In this document: piece after piece, positions 23,311-32,996 of the stretch
Layout of the letters: every line of letters begins with the position of its first letter
Numbering within the stretch: the first letter of the stretch is position 1
DNA from: an uncultured delta proteobacterium
GTDB taxonomy: Bacteria; Myxococcota; Myxococcia; Myxococcales; Myxococcaceae
Length of the DNA stretch: 64,000 nt
Direction of reading: 5' to 3'
NCBI GenBank assembly: GCA_963776345.1
Contig: CAVZMH010000013.1
Coordinates: forward strand, 64,001-128,000
Notes under the pieces: model-generated
Database searches by the model: none
Seen by the model: only the letters and a program-made list of their open reading frames with translations
What the model was told of the DNA's origin: nothing
Position numbers and translations under genes: made by a program

Positions 23311-23868
23311 ATGCGGTTCGTCCCCACCGAGCTGCCCGGCGTCCTGGTGCTGGAGCAGGAGCGCCACGCCGACGACCGCGGCTACTTCGCGCGGACCTGG
23401 TGCACGCTGGAGCTGGCGTCGCACGGCCTCGATGGCCGGCTGGCCCAGTGCAGCGTCTCGTTCAACCGCGCCCGGGGGACCCTGCGAGGGCTGCACTACC
23501 AGGCCCCGCCGGCGGCCGAGACGAAGGTGGTCCGCTGCCTCCGGGGCGCGCTGCACGACGTGGCGGTGGACCTCCGTCCGGACTCGGCGACGTTCCTCCG
23601 CTCGGTGGCGGTGGAGCTCACCCCGGAGAACGGCCGCGCGCTCTACATTCCCCGCGGCTTCGCCCACGGGTTCTTCACCCTGCTCCCGGAGACGGAGATC
23701 GAGTACCTCATCTCCGACGCCTACCGGCCGGAGACGGCGCGAGGCCTCCGCTGGGACGACCCGCTGCTCTCCATCCCCTGGCCGGGCCTGCCCGCGGTCA
23801 TCGCCCCGCGCGACCGCGACTACCCGGATGCGCGCCCCGGCCAGTTCGACGAGCTCCGGGGGCTCTGA
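23311..23868 (+). CDS. rfbC: NDP-4-keto-6-deoxyhexose 3,5-epimerase
   Basis: DDRGYF, GTLRGLHYQ, VDLRPDS, GFAHGF, WDDP. Confidence 0.92.
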   Translation: MRFVPTELPGVLVLEQERHADDRGYFARTWCTLELASHGLDGRLAQCSVSFNRARGTLRGLHYQAPPAAETKVVRCLRGALHDVAVDLRPDSATFLRSVAVELTPENGRALYIPRGFAHGFFTLLPETEIEYLISDAYRPETARGLRWDDPLLSIPWPGLPAVIAPRDRDYPDARPGQFDELRGL

Positions 23869-23872
23869 GGCC

Positions 23873-25205
23873 ATGCCGGTCGACGGAGCGGCCGAGGCGC
23901 TGCGACGGCTCGCCGACGGGCTCGACCCGGCCACGCTCGGCCCCGAGCTGATGGCCCACGTCCGGGACCTCTACCCCCTGAACCGCTCCATCACCGGCGA
24001 CGGGCTCCGCGCCTCGCTGCGTTCTCCTACAGCGGCTCGCTCCGCTCGAGCTCCACGAGGTGCCCAGCGGGACGGTCGTCTTCGACTGGACGGTGCCTCG
24101 CGAGTGGAACGTCCGCTCGGCCCGCCTCACCGCGCCCGACGGGCGGGTGGTCGCGGACGTGGCGAAGTGCAACCTCCATCTGCTCGGCTACAGCGTCCCC
24201 TTCCGGGGCACGGTGTCGCGCGAGGAGCTCGAGCCGCACCTGTACTCGCTCCCGGACCAGCCGGACCTCATCCCCTACCGGACCAGCTACTACCAGGAGG
24301 CCTGGGGATTCTGCCTGTCCCACCGGGTCCGGAGCACGCTCCCCACCGGCGATTACCAGGTGGAGATCGACACCCGGCTGGAGGACGGCGCGCTCACCTA
24401 CGGCGAGGTGCTCGTCCCCGGCACGGAGGAGACCGAGGTCCTGGTCTCGACGCACTGCTGCCACCCCTCGCTCGCCAACGACAACTGCGCGGGCATGGTG
24501 ATGTGCGCCACCCTGGCCCGGATGCTCGCCCCGCTCCGGCCGCGCCACGGGTACCGGTTCGTCTTCGTCCCGGGAACCATCGGGGCCATCACCTGGCTGG
24601 CCCGGAACGAGTCGCGGACCGGGCGCATCGCCCACGGGCTGGTGTCGGCGTGCGTGGCCGACGCCGGCCAGCTCACCTACAAGCGGAGCCGACGGGGCAC
24701 GGCCGACGTGGATCGTGCCGCGGCCCTGGTCCTCGCCGCCTCCGGCCAGCCGCACGGGCTGCGCGACTTCAGCCCCTACGGGTACGACGAGCGGCAGTAC
24801 TGCTCGCCGGGCTTCGACCTCCCCGTCGGCTCGCTCACCCGGACTCCCTACGGCGAGTACCCCGAGTACCACACCTCCGCGGACGACCTGACGCTGGTCC
24901 GCCCCGAGGCGCTGGTGGACACGCTCCGTCGCTACCTCGAGGTGTTCGAGGTCCTGGAGGGGAACCGCACCTGGCGGAACACCTCGCCCCGGTGCGAGCC
25001 GCAGCTCGGCAAGCGCGGCCTCTACGGCTCGGTGGGCGGACGGAGCCACGCCCAGGCGCGGCAGATGGCGATGCTCTGGGTGCTGAACCTCTCGGACGGG
25101 CGGCACTCGCTGCTCGACGTGGCCGAGCGCTCCCGGCTGCCCTTCTCCGACCTGCGCCGGGCCGCGGCCGATCTCGCCGGGACCGGACTGCTCGTCCCGG
25201 CCTGA
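23873..25205 (+). CDS. DUF4910 family protein (aminopeptidase-like fold plus wHTH); +1 frameshift ~24022
   Basis: LNRSITGDG, then VFDWTVPREW, PYRTSYY, HPSLANDN, PGTIG, DERQYCSPG, EYHTSADD, EPQLGKRGLY. Confidence 0.8.
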
Positions 25206-25212
25206 GCCTGGA

Positions 25213-25387
25213 GTCCCCCTGGTGCGGGGGGCTGAGCCTGGACGAGGCCGCGCTCCCGCGCGGCTCCGCAGGCGTCCCCCTGGTGCGGGGGGCTGAGCCT
25301 GGACGCGGCCGCGCCCCCGCGCGGCTCCGCAGGCGTCCCCCTGGTGCGGGGGGCTGAGCCTGGACGCGGCCGCGCCCCCGCGCGGCT
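25213..25387. repeat. Tandem array of a 61-bp GC-rich hairpin-forming unit (~2.9 copies)
   Basis: Units start at 25213, 25274 and 25335: gtccccctggtgcggggggctgagcctggacgcggccgcgcccccgcgcggctccgcaggc; copy 1 has two substitutions. Confidence 0.95.
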
Positions 25388-25389
25388 TG

Positions 25390-26502
25390 TCAGGTTCGGG
25401 CGGTGAGCGCGAGCACGTGCTCGGCGAGCGCCAGCACCGCGGTGAGCCCGGGCGACTCGATGCCGTAGAGCTGCACCAGCCCGGGCACGCCGTGCTCGGC
25501 GGGACCCTGTACCAGGAAGTCTGCCGCCGGCTCGCCGGGGCCCGACAGCTTGGGGCGCACGCCGGTGTATCCCGGCTCGAGCGCACCGTCGGCGAGCCCG
25601 GGGTAATAGGTCCGGATCGAGCGGTAGAAGGCGTCGACCCGCGTCTCATCGAAGCCGTACTCCACTCCCTCCACCCACTGCACGTCGGGTCCGAAACGGG
25701 CACGGCCCGCGAGGTCGAGCGTCACGTGGGTCCCGAGTCCCCCCGGCACCGGCACCGGGTACACCAGGTGGCGGAACGGCACCCGCCCGGAGAGGACGAA
25801 GTAATGCCCACGAGCGAAGCGCTGCGGTGGCACACTGGCCGGAGGGAGGCCCTCGATGCCCCGGGCCACGGTCTGGGCCCAGGGGCCAGCGCAGTTCACG
25901 ACCAGCCGGAATCGCACCGCCGCGGGCTCGTCCCCGCCGAGCGCGAGCGTGACGCCGCCGTCCTCCACGCGGCCGGAGAGCACCGGGGTCCGGAGCAGCA
26001 CCTGCGCCCCGGCCGCCTCGGCATCGGCGCGGAGCGCCTCCATCAGCGCGTGGCTGTCCACGATGCCGGTGGAGGGCGAGAAGAGCCCGCGAACGCCCCG
26101 CACCTCGGGCTCCAGCGCGCGGATCTCGGCGGCGTCGATCCACCGGAGGTCGTCGACGCCGCTGGCAGCCGCGTTGCGGAGGATCCCCTCCAGGCCGGGG
26201 ATCTCCTCGTCCCGGGTGGCGATGATCAGCTTGCCGGTCCGCCGGTGCGCGACGCCGCGCTCGGCGCAGTAGCCGTAGAGGGCCTGGCGACCGGCGACGC
26301 AGAACCGCGCCTTCAGCGACCCCGGCGGATAGTAGAGCCCGGCGTGGATGACCTCGGAGTTTCGCGAGCTGGTGTGGAAGCCGACGAAGCGCTCCTGCTC
26401 CACCACGAACACCTCCCGCCCGGCGAGCGCCAGCGACCGGGCGACGGCCAGGCCCACCGCCCCGGCGCCGACCACCCCGACGTCGACCTCGACGCTGGTC
26501 AT
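25390..26502 (-). CDS. FAD-dependent oxidoreductase, L-2-hydroxyglutarate oxidase (LhgO)-like
   Basis: VVGAGAVG, TSSRNSEVIHAGLYY, GTHVTLD, YTGVRPK, GIESPGLT. Confidence 0.85.
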   Translation of the reverse strand: MTSVEVDVGVVGAGAVGLAVARSLALAGREVFVVEQERFVGFHTSSRNSEVIHAGLYYPPGSLKARFCVAGRQALYGYCAERGVAHRRTGKLIIATRDEEIPGLEGILRNAAASGVDDLRWIDAAEIRALEPEVRGVRGLFSPSTGIVDSHALMEALRADAEAAGAQVLLRTPVLSGRVEDGGVTLALGGDEPAAVRFRLVVNCAGPWAQTVARGIEGLPPASVPPQRFARGHYFVLSGRVPFRHLVYPVPVPGGLGTHVTLDLAGRARFGPDVQWVEGVEYGFDETRVDAFYRSIRTYYPGLADGALEPGYTGVRPKLSGPGEPAADFLVQGPAEHGVPGLVQLYGIESPGLTAVLALAEHVLALTART

Positions 26503-26676
26503 CCCGCTCCTCCTCCCTCCGCCGCGCCTGCTTAGCACCGGCGGAGGGTCGCGGCGCCCCGGTGCGCACCGGCCCATCGGGGCAATTGATCCGCTGCCTG
26601 TCCGTTGCTAGCCCTCGGCGCAGCGGTGTCCCGAGGGCAGGCCGTCCGTCCTCGCTTCCCTCCGGAGGATCCGACG

Positions 26677-28755
26677 ATGCTCTCCACCTCGCGTCCGGTC
26701 GTCGTCTCGCTCGAGCTCCTGCTGCTCGCCGCCTGCACCACCGGCATGGTGAGGTCGGCCGGGGGCGCGGGCCCGGGGACCGGTGACCCGGGCGCCGCCG
26801 AGCGCCCGCCCGGCGTCACCGTCACCGTGTCCCCTCGCGTCGCCCCAATGGTCGCCGGGGGGACCATGTCCTTCTCCGCGGTGGTGGGCAGGATCAGGTC
26901 CGGCCAGCCCGCAACGGTGACCTGGTCGGTGCAGGAGGCCGGGGGCGGCACGGTCGACGGAAGCGGCCGCTACACCGCCCCCGCGGACGCCGGGACCTAC
27001 CACCTGGTGGCCACCAGCACCGCCGACCGGAGCCGCAGCGACGCGGCGGTGATCACTGCGGGCACGAGCCCCATCCTCCCTCCGGACCGGCTCACCGTCT
27101 GGAACCCGGGCCTCAACGCCGTGGGCGGCATCCCCTTCCGGACCACCATCTACAAGACGCTCTCCCCGAGCGGCGGCGACGACACCCGGTTCATCCAGGG
27201 CGCGCTGGACTCCTGCCCCCCGGGCCAGGTGGTGAAGCTGGCGCCCGGGAGCTACCGGATCTCCGGCGAGGGGCTCTCCATCACCCGCTCGGGCGTGGTG
27301 CTCCGCGGGAGCGGCCCGGGTCAGACCATCCTCATGAAGTCCGGCGCCTCGTTCCCGGTGATCATCGTCGGGTTGCGCTGGTTCAAGTATTCGGTGCCGG
27401 TGGCGCTGGCCTCCAACGCGGTGAAGGGCGGCGACAGCGTGTCCGTGGCCAGCAACCCCGGGTTCAAGGTGGGCGAGCTGGTGTTCCTGAACCAGGTCTC
27501 GGACGACGACCAGCGAAACGACACCGATGCGCCGGTGAGGAAGATCTGGTGGGGGAACAAGGTCGGCGGCCCCGCCTCCGAGGCGCGGGGGTGGTTCTGC
27601 GAGCAGAACCGGCCCCTCGGCCAGGCGATGGAGATCGCGCGGGTCGACGGCAACCGGCTCACCTTCACCACGCCCTTCCACATCGATTTCGAGACCGCCC
27701 TCTCCGCCCACATCCTCCGCATCTCCGACGCCGACGGCGGCGACCCGGTGGACGTGGTGAGGTACTCGGGCATCGAGGACCTCGCGGTGGTCAACGGAGA
27801 CGGAGGGGATGGAGGCGGGAACATTCACTTCTTCGCCGCGGCCTACAGCTGGGTCCGGAACGTGGAGAGCTCGGGGAGCCTCGGGCACAGCTGCAACCTC
27901 GAGGGGAGCTTCCGCTGCGAGGTGCGCGATTCGTACTTCCACAGCACCCGCGATCCGAACCCTGGCGGCAACGGCTACGGCATCGGCGTCAACCGCTACG
28001 CCTCGGACAACCTGTTCGAGAACAACGTGGTCTGGGCGTTCAACAAGCTCACCGTGGCCCGGGCGTCGGGGGGCGGCAACGTCTTCGGCTACAACTACCT
28101 CCAGGACGGCTACGGCGCCGGATTCACCGACTTCGTGGAGGTGGGCGCCGGGCCCAACCACTACGCCGGCGCGCACATGGAGCTCTTCGAGGGGAACGAG
28201 GGCTTCAACTACGACACCGAGTCGTTCTGGGGGAACTCGATCTACGGCACGGTGTTCCGCAACCACTGGACGGGGCTGCGGCGCTCGGCCTCTCCGCTGC
28301 GGCTCAGGGACACCGGCAACCGCCGGGCGGTGGGTGTGCAGACCGCGGGGTGGTGGTTCTCGTTCCTCGGGAACGTGCTCGGGTTCCCGGACATGCCGCT
28401 GCTCCCGGAGCAGAGGCGCTTCGTCACCCAGATGGACGTCAACCGCCTGAGCGACGAGGGCACGGTGCCGATGTGGATCATCGGCTACGACACGGTCACC
28501 TGGCCCAGGAGGGCGGACCCGCTGGTGGTGGCGCGCACCTACCGGCACGGGAACTTCGACTACGTCTCCAGGGCCGTGGCCTGGGACCCGGGCAACCCCA
28601 ACCACCTGCTGCCGCCCTCGCTCTACCTTTCGCGCAAGCCCGCCTTCTTCGGGAGCAACCCCTGGCCATGGGTCGAGCCCACCGGCGCGACCGACGCGGC
28701 CCGGTTGGGCACGCTCCCGGCCAAGGTCCGCTTCGACGCCATCCACGGCCCCTGA
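26677..28755 (+). CDS. Exported lipoprotein with Ig-like domain and right-handed beta-helix (pectate lyase 3-like)
   Basis: Lipobox LAAC; GTVDGSGRYTAP, DDTRFIQGALD..VVKLAPGSY, VVLRGSG, repeated xxENN/GNVxxYN turns. Confidence 0.72.
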   Translation: MLSTSRPVVVSLELLLLAACTTGMVRSAGGAGPGTGDPGAAERPPGVTVTVSPRVAPMVAGGTMSFSAVVGRIRSGQPATVTWSVQEAGGGTVDGSGRYTAPADAGTYHLVATSTADRSRSDAAVITAGTSPILPPDRLTVWNPGLNAVGGIPFRTTIYKTLSPSGGDDTRFIQGALDSCPPGQVVKLAPGSYRISGEGLSITRSGVVLRGSGPGQTILMKSGASFPVIIVGLRWFKYSVPVALASNAVKGGDSVSVASNPGFKVGELVFLNQVSDDDQRNDTDAPVRKIWWGNKVGGPASEARGWFCEQNRPLGQAMEIARVDGNRLTFTTPFHIDFETALSAHILRISDADGGDPVDVVRYSGIEDLAVVNGDGGDGGGNIHFFAAAYSWVRNVESSGSLGHSCNLEGSFRCEVRDSYFHSTRDPNPGGNGYGIGVNRYASDNLFENNVVWAFNKLTVARASGGGNVFGYNYLQDGYGAGFTDFVEVGAGPNHYAGAHMELFEGNEGFNYDTESFWGNSIYGTVFRNHWTGLRRSASPLRLRDTGNRRAVGVQTAGWWFSFLGNVLGFPDMPLLPEQRRFVTQMDVNRLSDEGTVPMWIIGYDTVTWPRRADPLVVARTYRHGNFDYVSRAVAWDPGNPNHLLPPSLYLSRKPAFFGSNPWPWVEPTGATDAARLGTLPAKVRFDAIHGP

Positions 28756-28773
28756 GGCTCACCACCTCGGGCG

Positions 28774-29742
28774 TCAGGCCGAGGGCGGCGACCAGCGCGA
28801 CGCCTGTCGAGCGTTCAGCGCCTCCGTCGCCCGTTGCTTGCCCCGGAGCAGGCACTCCCACTGGTAGCGGCGGAGGAAGCGGCGGAAATCGGAGTCCGCG
28901 TAGCGCGGGGCGCCCTGCAGCATGCTCTTGAGGTAGCCCCAGGCCATCCCCGCCCCGCCGAGCAGGAGCGGCGGGCGGGTCATCCGATAGGCGGCGCTGG
29001 CGAGCATGTAGACCGGCGAGGTGCCCATGAACCACTGGCCGTAGCCGTGCCGGGTGCGGCCCCTCCAGAACCCCTTGTCGCTCGTCCCCATGGGCCGGAG
29101 GTGGACGAAGCGCAGCTCCGGGTCGTCCCAGGACACGGCGATCCACCCGAGCTGCCGGCAGCGGTGCCCGTCGATGCCGTCCCACATGACCTCGCGGACG
29201 AAGCCGCCGATCTGCCCGAAGCACGCCGTCCGGTAGAACTTGGTCATCCCCACCGAGTTCTCGTCGCCGGTCTTCTCCGAGACCAGGTCGGTCAGGTCGG
29301 CGAGCGGGAAGCGCGCCCTCCCCGGGTCCATCCCGGGCCGGAAGAAGTACGGCTTGCCGGAGCAGGTGCCGATCCGCGGCTCCCGCTCCATCCGGTCCAT
29401 CAGGCCGGCGAAGTACCCGGGAGGCAGCTCGAGGTCGAGGTCCAGCTTGCAGAGGTAGTCGAAGCGGGAGGTGTCGGCGGTGGCCAGGCCGGCGTCGAAG
29501 GCCTCGATGACGCCGCCGCCCACCTTGCGCGCGCCTCGGTCCGCCCGGCGCACCACCCGGATGAACGGGGCGCGGGCCCGGTACTCCTCGAGGATGGCGG
29601 GGGTCTCGTCGCGCGAGCCGTCGTCGACGATGATCCACTCGGACGGCGGCTCGGTCTGGGCCAGGATCGAGTCCAGCGTCCGGCGCGCGTACCGGGCCTC
29701 GTCGCGGCACGGCGTCACCAGGAGGTACCGGCGGCCGCTCAC
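28774..29742 (-). CDS. GT2 glycosyltransferase
   Basis: GTG 29742 overlaps the asnB stop; LVTPCRDE, IVDDGSRD, KLDLD, WDGID. Confidence 0.9.
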   Translation of the reverse strand: MSGRRYLLVTPCRDEARYARRTLDSILAQTEPPSEWIIVDDGSRDETPAILEEYRARAPFIRVVRRADRGARKVGGGVIEAFDAGLATADTSRFDYLCKLDLDLELPPGYFAGLMDRMEREPRIGTCSGKPYFFRPGMDPGRARFPLADLTDLVSEKTGDENSVGMTKFYRTACFGQIGGFVREVMWDGIDGHRCRQLGWIAVSWDDPELRFVHLRPMGTSDKGFWRGRTRHGYGQWFMGTSPVYMLASAAYRMTRPPLLLGGAGMAWGYLKSMLQGAPRYADSDFRRFLRRYQWECLLRGKQRATEALNARQASRWSPPSA

Positions 29743-31680
29743 CGGCGCACCCCGTGCCGCTGGCACCAGCGGACCAGGACGTACACCGCCCAGACCCGCG
29801 ACCAGTAGAGCCCCGGCGCGCCCGCCTGGAAGCCGCGCCACAGCCGCTCCACCGCGGCCGGCTCGAGCCCGGCATCGCGCACCGCCTGCGGATCCCGCAG
29901 CGTCCGGTCCACCGCCCCGTGCAGCCCCTGGCGGATCCACCGCTCGAAGGGGAGCACGAAGCCGCTCTTGGGACGCTCGAACAGCGCCGGGTCGAGCCCG
30001 CGGAGCCCGATGCGGCGGAGCATCGCCTTGCGACGGACCGGCTGGTACCGCGGGTCGTCGGGCAGACGCACCACGTGCTCCAGCAGCACCGCGTCCACCA
30101 GCGGCAGCCGCTGCTCGATCGACACCGCCATGCTCGCCGCGTCGTTGTCGCGGAGCAGCCGCTCGCCGAGGAACAGCCGCTGCTCGAGCACGCTGATCGC
30201 CGAGAGCGGCGAGCGCCCCCGGAGCTCCCGCTCCAGCCGCGCCCGGGCCTCGGGCGGGAGCCCGTCCACCAGCAGCGATGCGCCGCCGTCGGCGACCAGC
30301 TCGCGCTGGAACTCGGGGAGGAAGAGCGCGTACGCCAGCTGGTACAGCGCGAGGAGGTCCTCTCCGCTTGCGCACCATCGCCGGGAGCTTGGCCCAGCGG
30401 GTCTGCCGGGGCAGCGGCCCTCGGTCGCGGTGCATGGCGGCCATCGTCAGGAGGGCCGCCCGGGCCAGCACCGCGCGCGGCGCGGCGCCGAGGTGGCGCG
30501 TCCACTGGTGGAGCGCGGGGAGGTCACGGAAGCTGGTGTAGCCCCCGAACAGCTCGTCGCCCCCGGTGCCCACCAGGGCCACGGTGAAGCCCGCCTCGCG
30601 GATGGCCCGCGAGAGGACATAGGCGTTCAGCCCGTCGAAGGTGGGCTGGTCGATGCTCTCCAGCGCCGGCTCGAGCTCGCCGGCGAACGCCTCCTCCCGG
30701 AGGACGATCTCCCGGTGCTCGGTGCCGATCGCCCGGGCGATGGCCTGCGCCGCGGCGCCCTCGTCGAACTCCTTCTCCTCGAAGGCGAGGGTGAAGGTGT
30801 GCACCGGTCCGCGGCCCGCCCGGTGGGCGAGGTTGGCCACCGCCGAGGAGTCCACGCCCCCGGAGAGGAAGACGCCCAGCGGCACGTCCGACGCGAGGTG
30901 GAGCCGAACGCACTCCTCGAGCGCCGCGGCCATCTCCTCCTCGCCGATGGGAGGCGCGGTCCCCGGCGTGGGCAGGTGCCAGAACTCGCCGCCGCGCACC
31001 AGGCGTCCGTCGGGGGAGAGCACCTGGAACTCGCCCGGCAGGAGCGAGCGGATGCCTTCCACCGCCGTCCGTGGACCGACCACGAAGCCGTTCCAGGCCA
31101 TCGAGGCCGCGGCGGTGGGATCCAGGCGCGGCGTGCCCAGCAGCCCCGAGGCGAGCAGCGCCCGCACCTCGGAGGCGAAGGCCACCGTCCATCCCGACCT
31201 CGGATCGGCCGAGGTCGCCACGTACAGCGGCTTGATGCCCAGGGGATCCCGGGCGAGCAGCAGCGTACGCCGGGCCGGGTCCCAGAACGCGAGCGCGAAC
31301 ATCCCCCGGAGGGCCGGGAGCGCGTCCTCGGCGCGGTGGGCCAGCACCCGGAGGAGGACCTCGGCGTCTCCGGTGGAGCGGACCTCTTCGCCCGCCTGGC
31401 GCAGCTCCGCCCGCAGCGCGGCGTAGTTGTAGATCTCCCCGTTGAAGATCAGCGCCTGTCCGCCGGCCGGGTGCACCATCGGCTGGTGGCCCGCGGGGCT
31501 GAGGTCGAGGATGGCCAGGCGGCGGAAGGCCAGCAGCGCGCCCGAGCCGTCCGCGCCCGGGGCCGATTCCCAGGTCCCCACGTCGTCCGGGCCGCGGTGT
31601 CGGAGCGCGTCGCTCATCCGCTCCAGCGCCGCGCGGTTGCGCGCATCGACCTTCCCCAAGATGCCGGCGATTCCGCACAT
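29739..31680 (-). CDS. asnB: AsnB-family glutamine amidotransferase; +1 frameshift ~30369
   Basis: MCGIAG, HRGPD, FNGEIYN, ARDPLGIKP, LSGGVDSS, GGDELFGGY. The C-terminal half (LLRDND, SIEQRLP, PKSGF) is in the adjacent frame. Confidence 0.85.
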
Positions 31681-31730
31681 GTCGAGCGCCGCATCGTGCC
31701 ATAAACGAGGGCGCCGTCTCTCTGGCAACG

Positions 31731-32996
31731 ATGCTCGACAGCTCGCTCCAGCTCCTCTCGGTCTCGCCCTTCCCGCCCTCGCCTCCGTCGTTCGGTGCCC
31801 AGCGCCGGATCCACGGGCTGCTCTCGGCGCTCGCCCATCGCCACGCCGTCACCGCGCTCACCCTGGTGTCACCGGAGACCGATCGCGCCGAGGTGGAGCG
31901 GGCGATGCGGGACTACTGCCAGGATGTGGCGCTGGTGACCGCCCGGAGCGGGCGGGGGCTGGCCAAGCGGTGGATGCAGCTGCGGGCGCTCGTCTCGTCC
32001 CGGAGCTTCGAGCGGCTCACGATGGACCTCGCGCCGTTCCGGGCCGAGCTTCACCGTCTGCTCTCCAGCCGGGCGTTCGATGTCGTCCTGCTCGAGTTCC
32101 CCTTCCTCGCCGCCGACGTCCTCGCCGACCCCCCTCAAGGACGGCCGCGACCCATCCGCGTGCTGGACACGCACAACATCGAGTTCGACCTCGCCCGCCA
32201 GCAGGCGGGGCGCGAGCACGGCCTGATGCGGCGGATCCACAACGCCGCCAACTGGCCCAAGGTCCGCCGGGAGGAGCTGGACGCCTTCCGCCGCTTCGAC
32301 GGGGTGGCGTTCTGCTCCGAGCTGGACGCCGAGCGCGCCCGGACGCTCGTCCCGTCCGTCCGCGCCACGGTGGTGCCCAACGCGGTGGACGTGGAGGCGT
32401 TCGCGCCCCGTCCGGGGTTGCCCCGCTCCGACGGACGGACGGTGCTCTTCTTCGGGGCCATCAACTACTTCCCCAACGTGGACGGCATCCTCTTCCTGGT
32501 GAAGGAGGTCTGGCCGCTCCTCGCCGCGTCGCACCCCGCGTGCCGCCTGAAGATCGTGGGCCAGCACCCGACCCGGGAGATCCTCGCCTTCCAGGGGCCG
32601 CGGGTGGAGGTGACCGGCCGGGTGGACGACGTGCGGCCCCATCTCGCCTCGGCTGCGGTCACCATCGTCCCCCTGAGGATCGGCGGCGGGACGCGGTTCA
32701 AGATCCTCGAGGCCATGGCCATGGCCAGGCCGGTGGTCTCGACCACCCTCGGCGCCGAGGGGCTCGAGGCGCGGCCCGGCGAGAACCTCCTCCTCGCCGA
32801 TGACGCCGCCGGCCTGGCCGCCGCCGTCGGCCGGGTCCTCGACGACCCCGCCCTCGGACGGGCGCTGGGCAACGCAGGCCGTCGGCTGGTGGAGGAGCGC
32901 TACTCCTGGGACGCCGCGGCGCTCGGGCTGGAGCATTTCCTCGGCACGCTGGGCGCCGGTGGGGCGGTGGCAGGCGAGGCGGCCGGGAGGAGATAG
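31731..32996 (+). CDS. GT4 family glycosyltransferase
   Basis: DTHNIE, VPNAVD, NYFPNVDG, GGGTRFKILEAMAM, YSWD. Confidence 0.9.
   Translation: MLDSSLQLLSVSPFPPSPPSFGAQRRIHGLLSALAHRHAVTALTLVSPETDRAEVERAMRDYCQDVALVTARSGRGLAKRWMQLRALVSSRSFERLTMDLAPFRAELHRLLSSRAFDVVLLEFPFLAADVLADPPQGRPRPIRVLDTHNIEFDLARQQAGREHGLMRRIHNAANWPKVRREELDAFRRFDGVAFCSELDAERARTLVPSVRATVVPNAVDVEAFAPRPGLPRSDGRTVLFFGAINYFPNVDGILFLVKEVWPLLAASHPACRLKIVGQHPTREILAFQGPRVEVTGRVDDVRPHLASAAVTIVPLRIGGGTRFKILEAMAMARPVVSTTLGAEGLEARPGENLLLADDAAGLAAAVGRVLDDPALGRALGNAGRRLVEERYSWDAAALGLEHFLGTLGAGGAVAGEAAGRR

Noticed and set aside
25213..25387. Possible CRISPR array
   Set aside because: Units are contiguous and near-identical with no unique spacers, and there are no cas genes in the window.
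31686..31702. Sigma54 promoter upstream of asnB (TGGCACG on the minus strand)
   Set aside because: No TTGC at the required spacing, and too close to the start codon.
28774..31728. 984-aa AsnB-GT2 fusion in the ORF track
   Set aside because: It arises from a frameshift near 30369. The AsnB C-terminal half ends at 29739 and GT2 starts at 29742.
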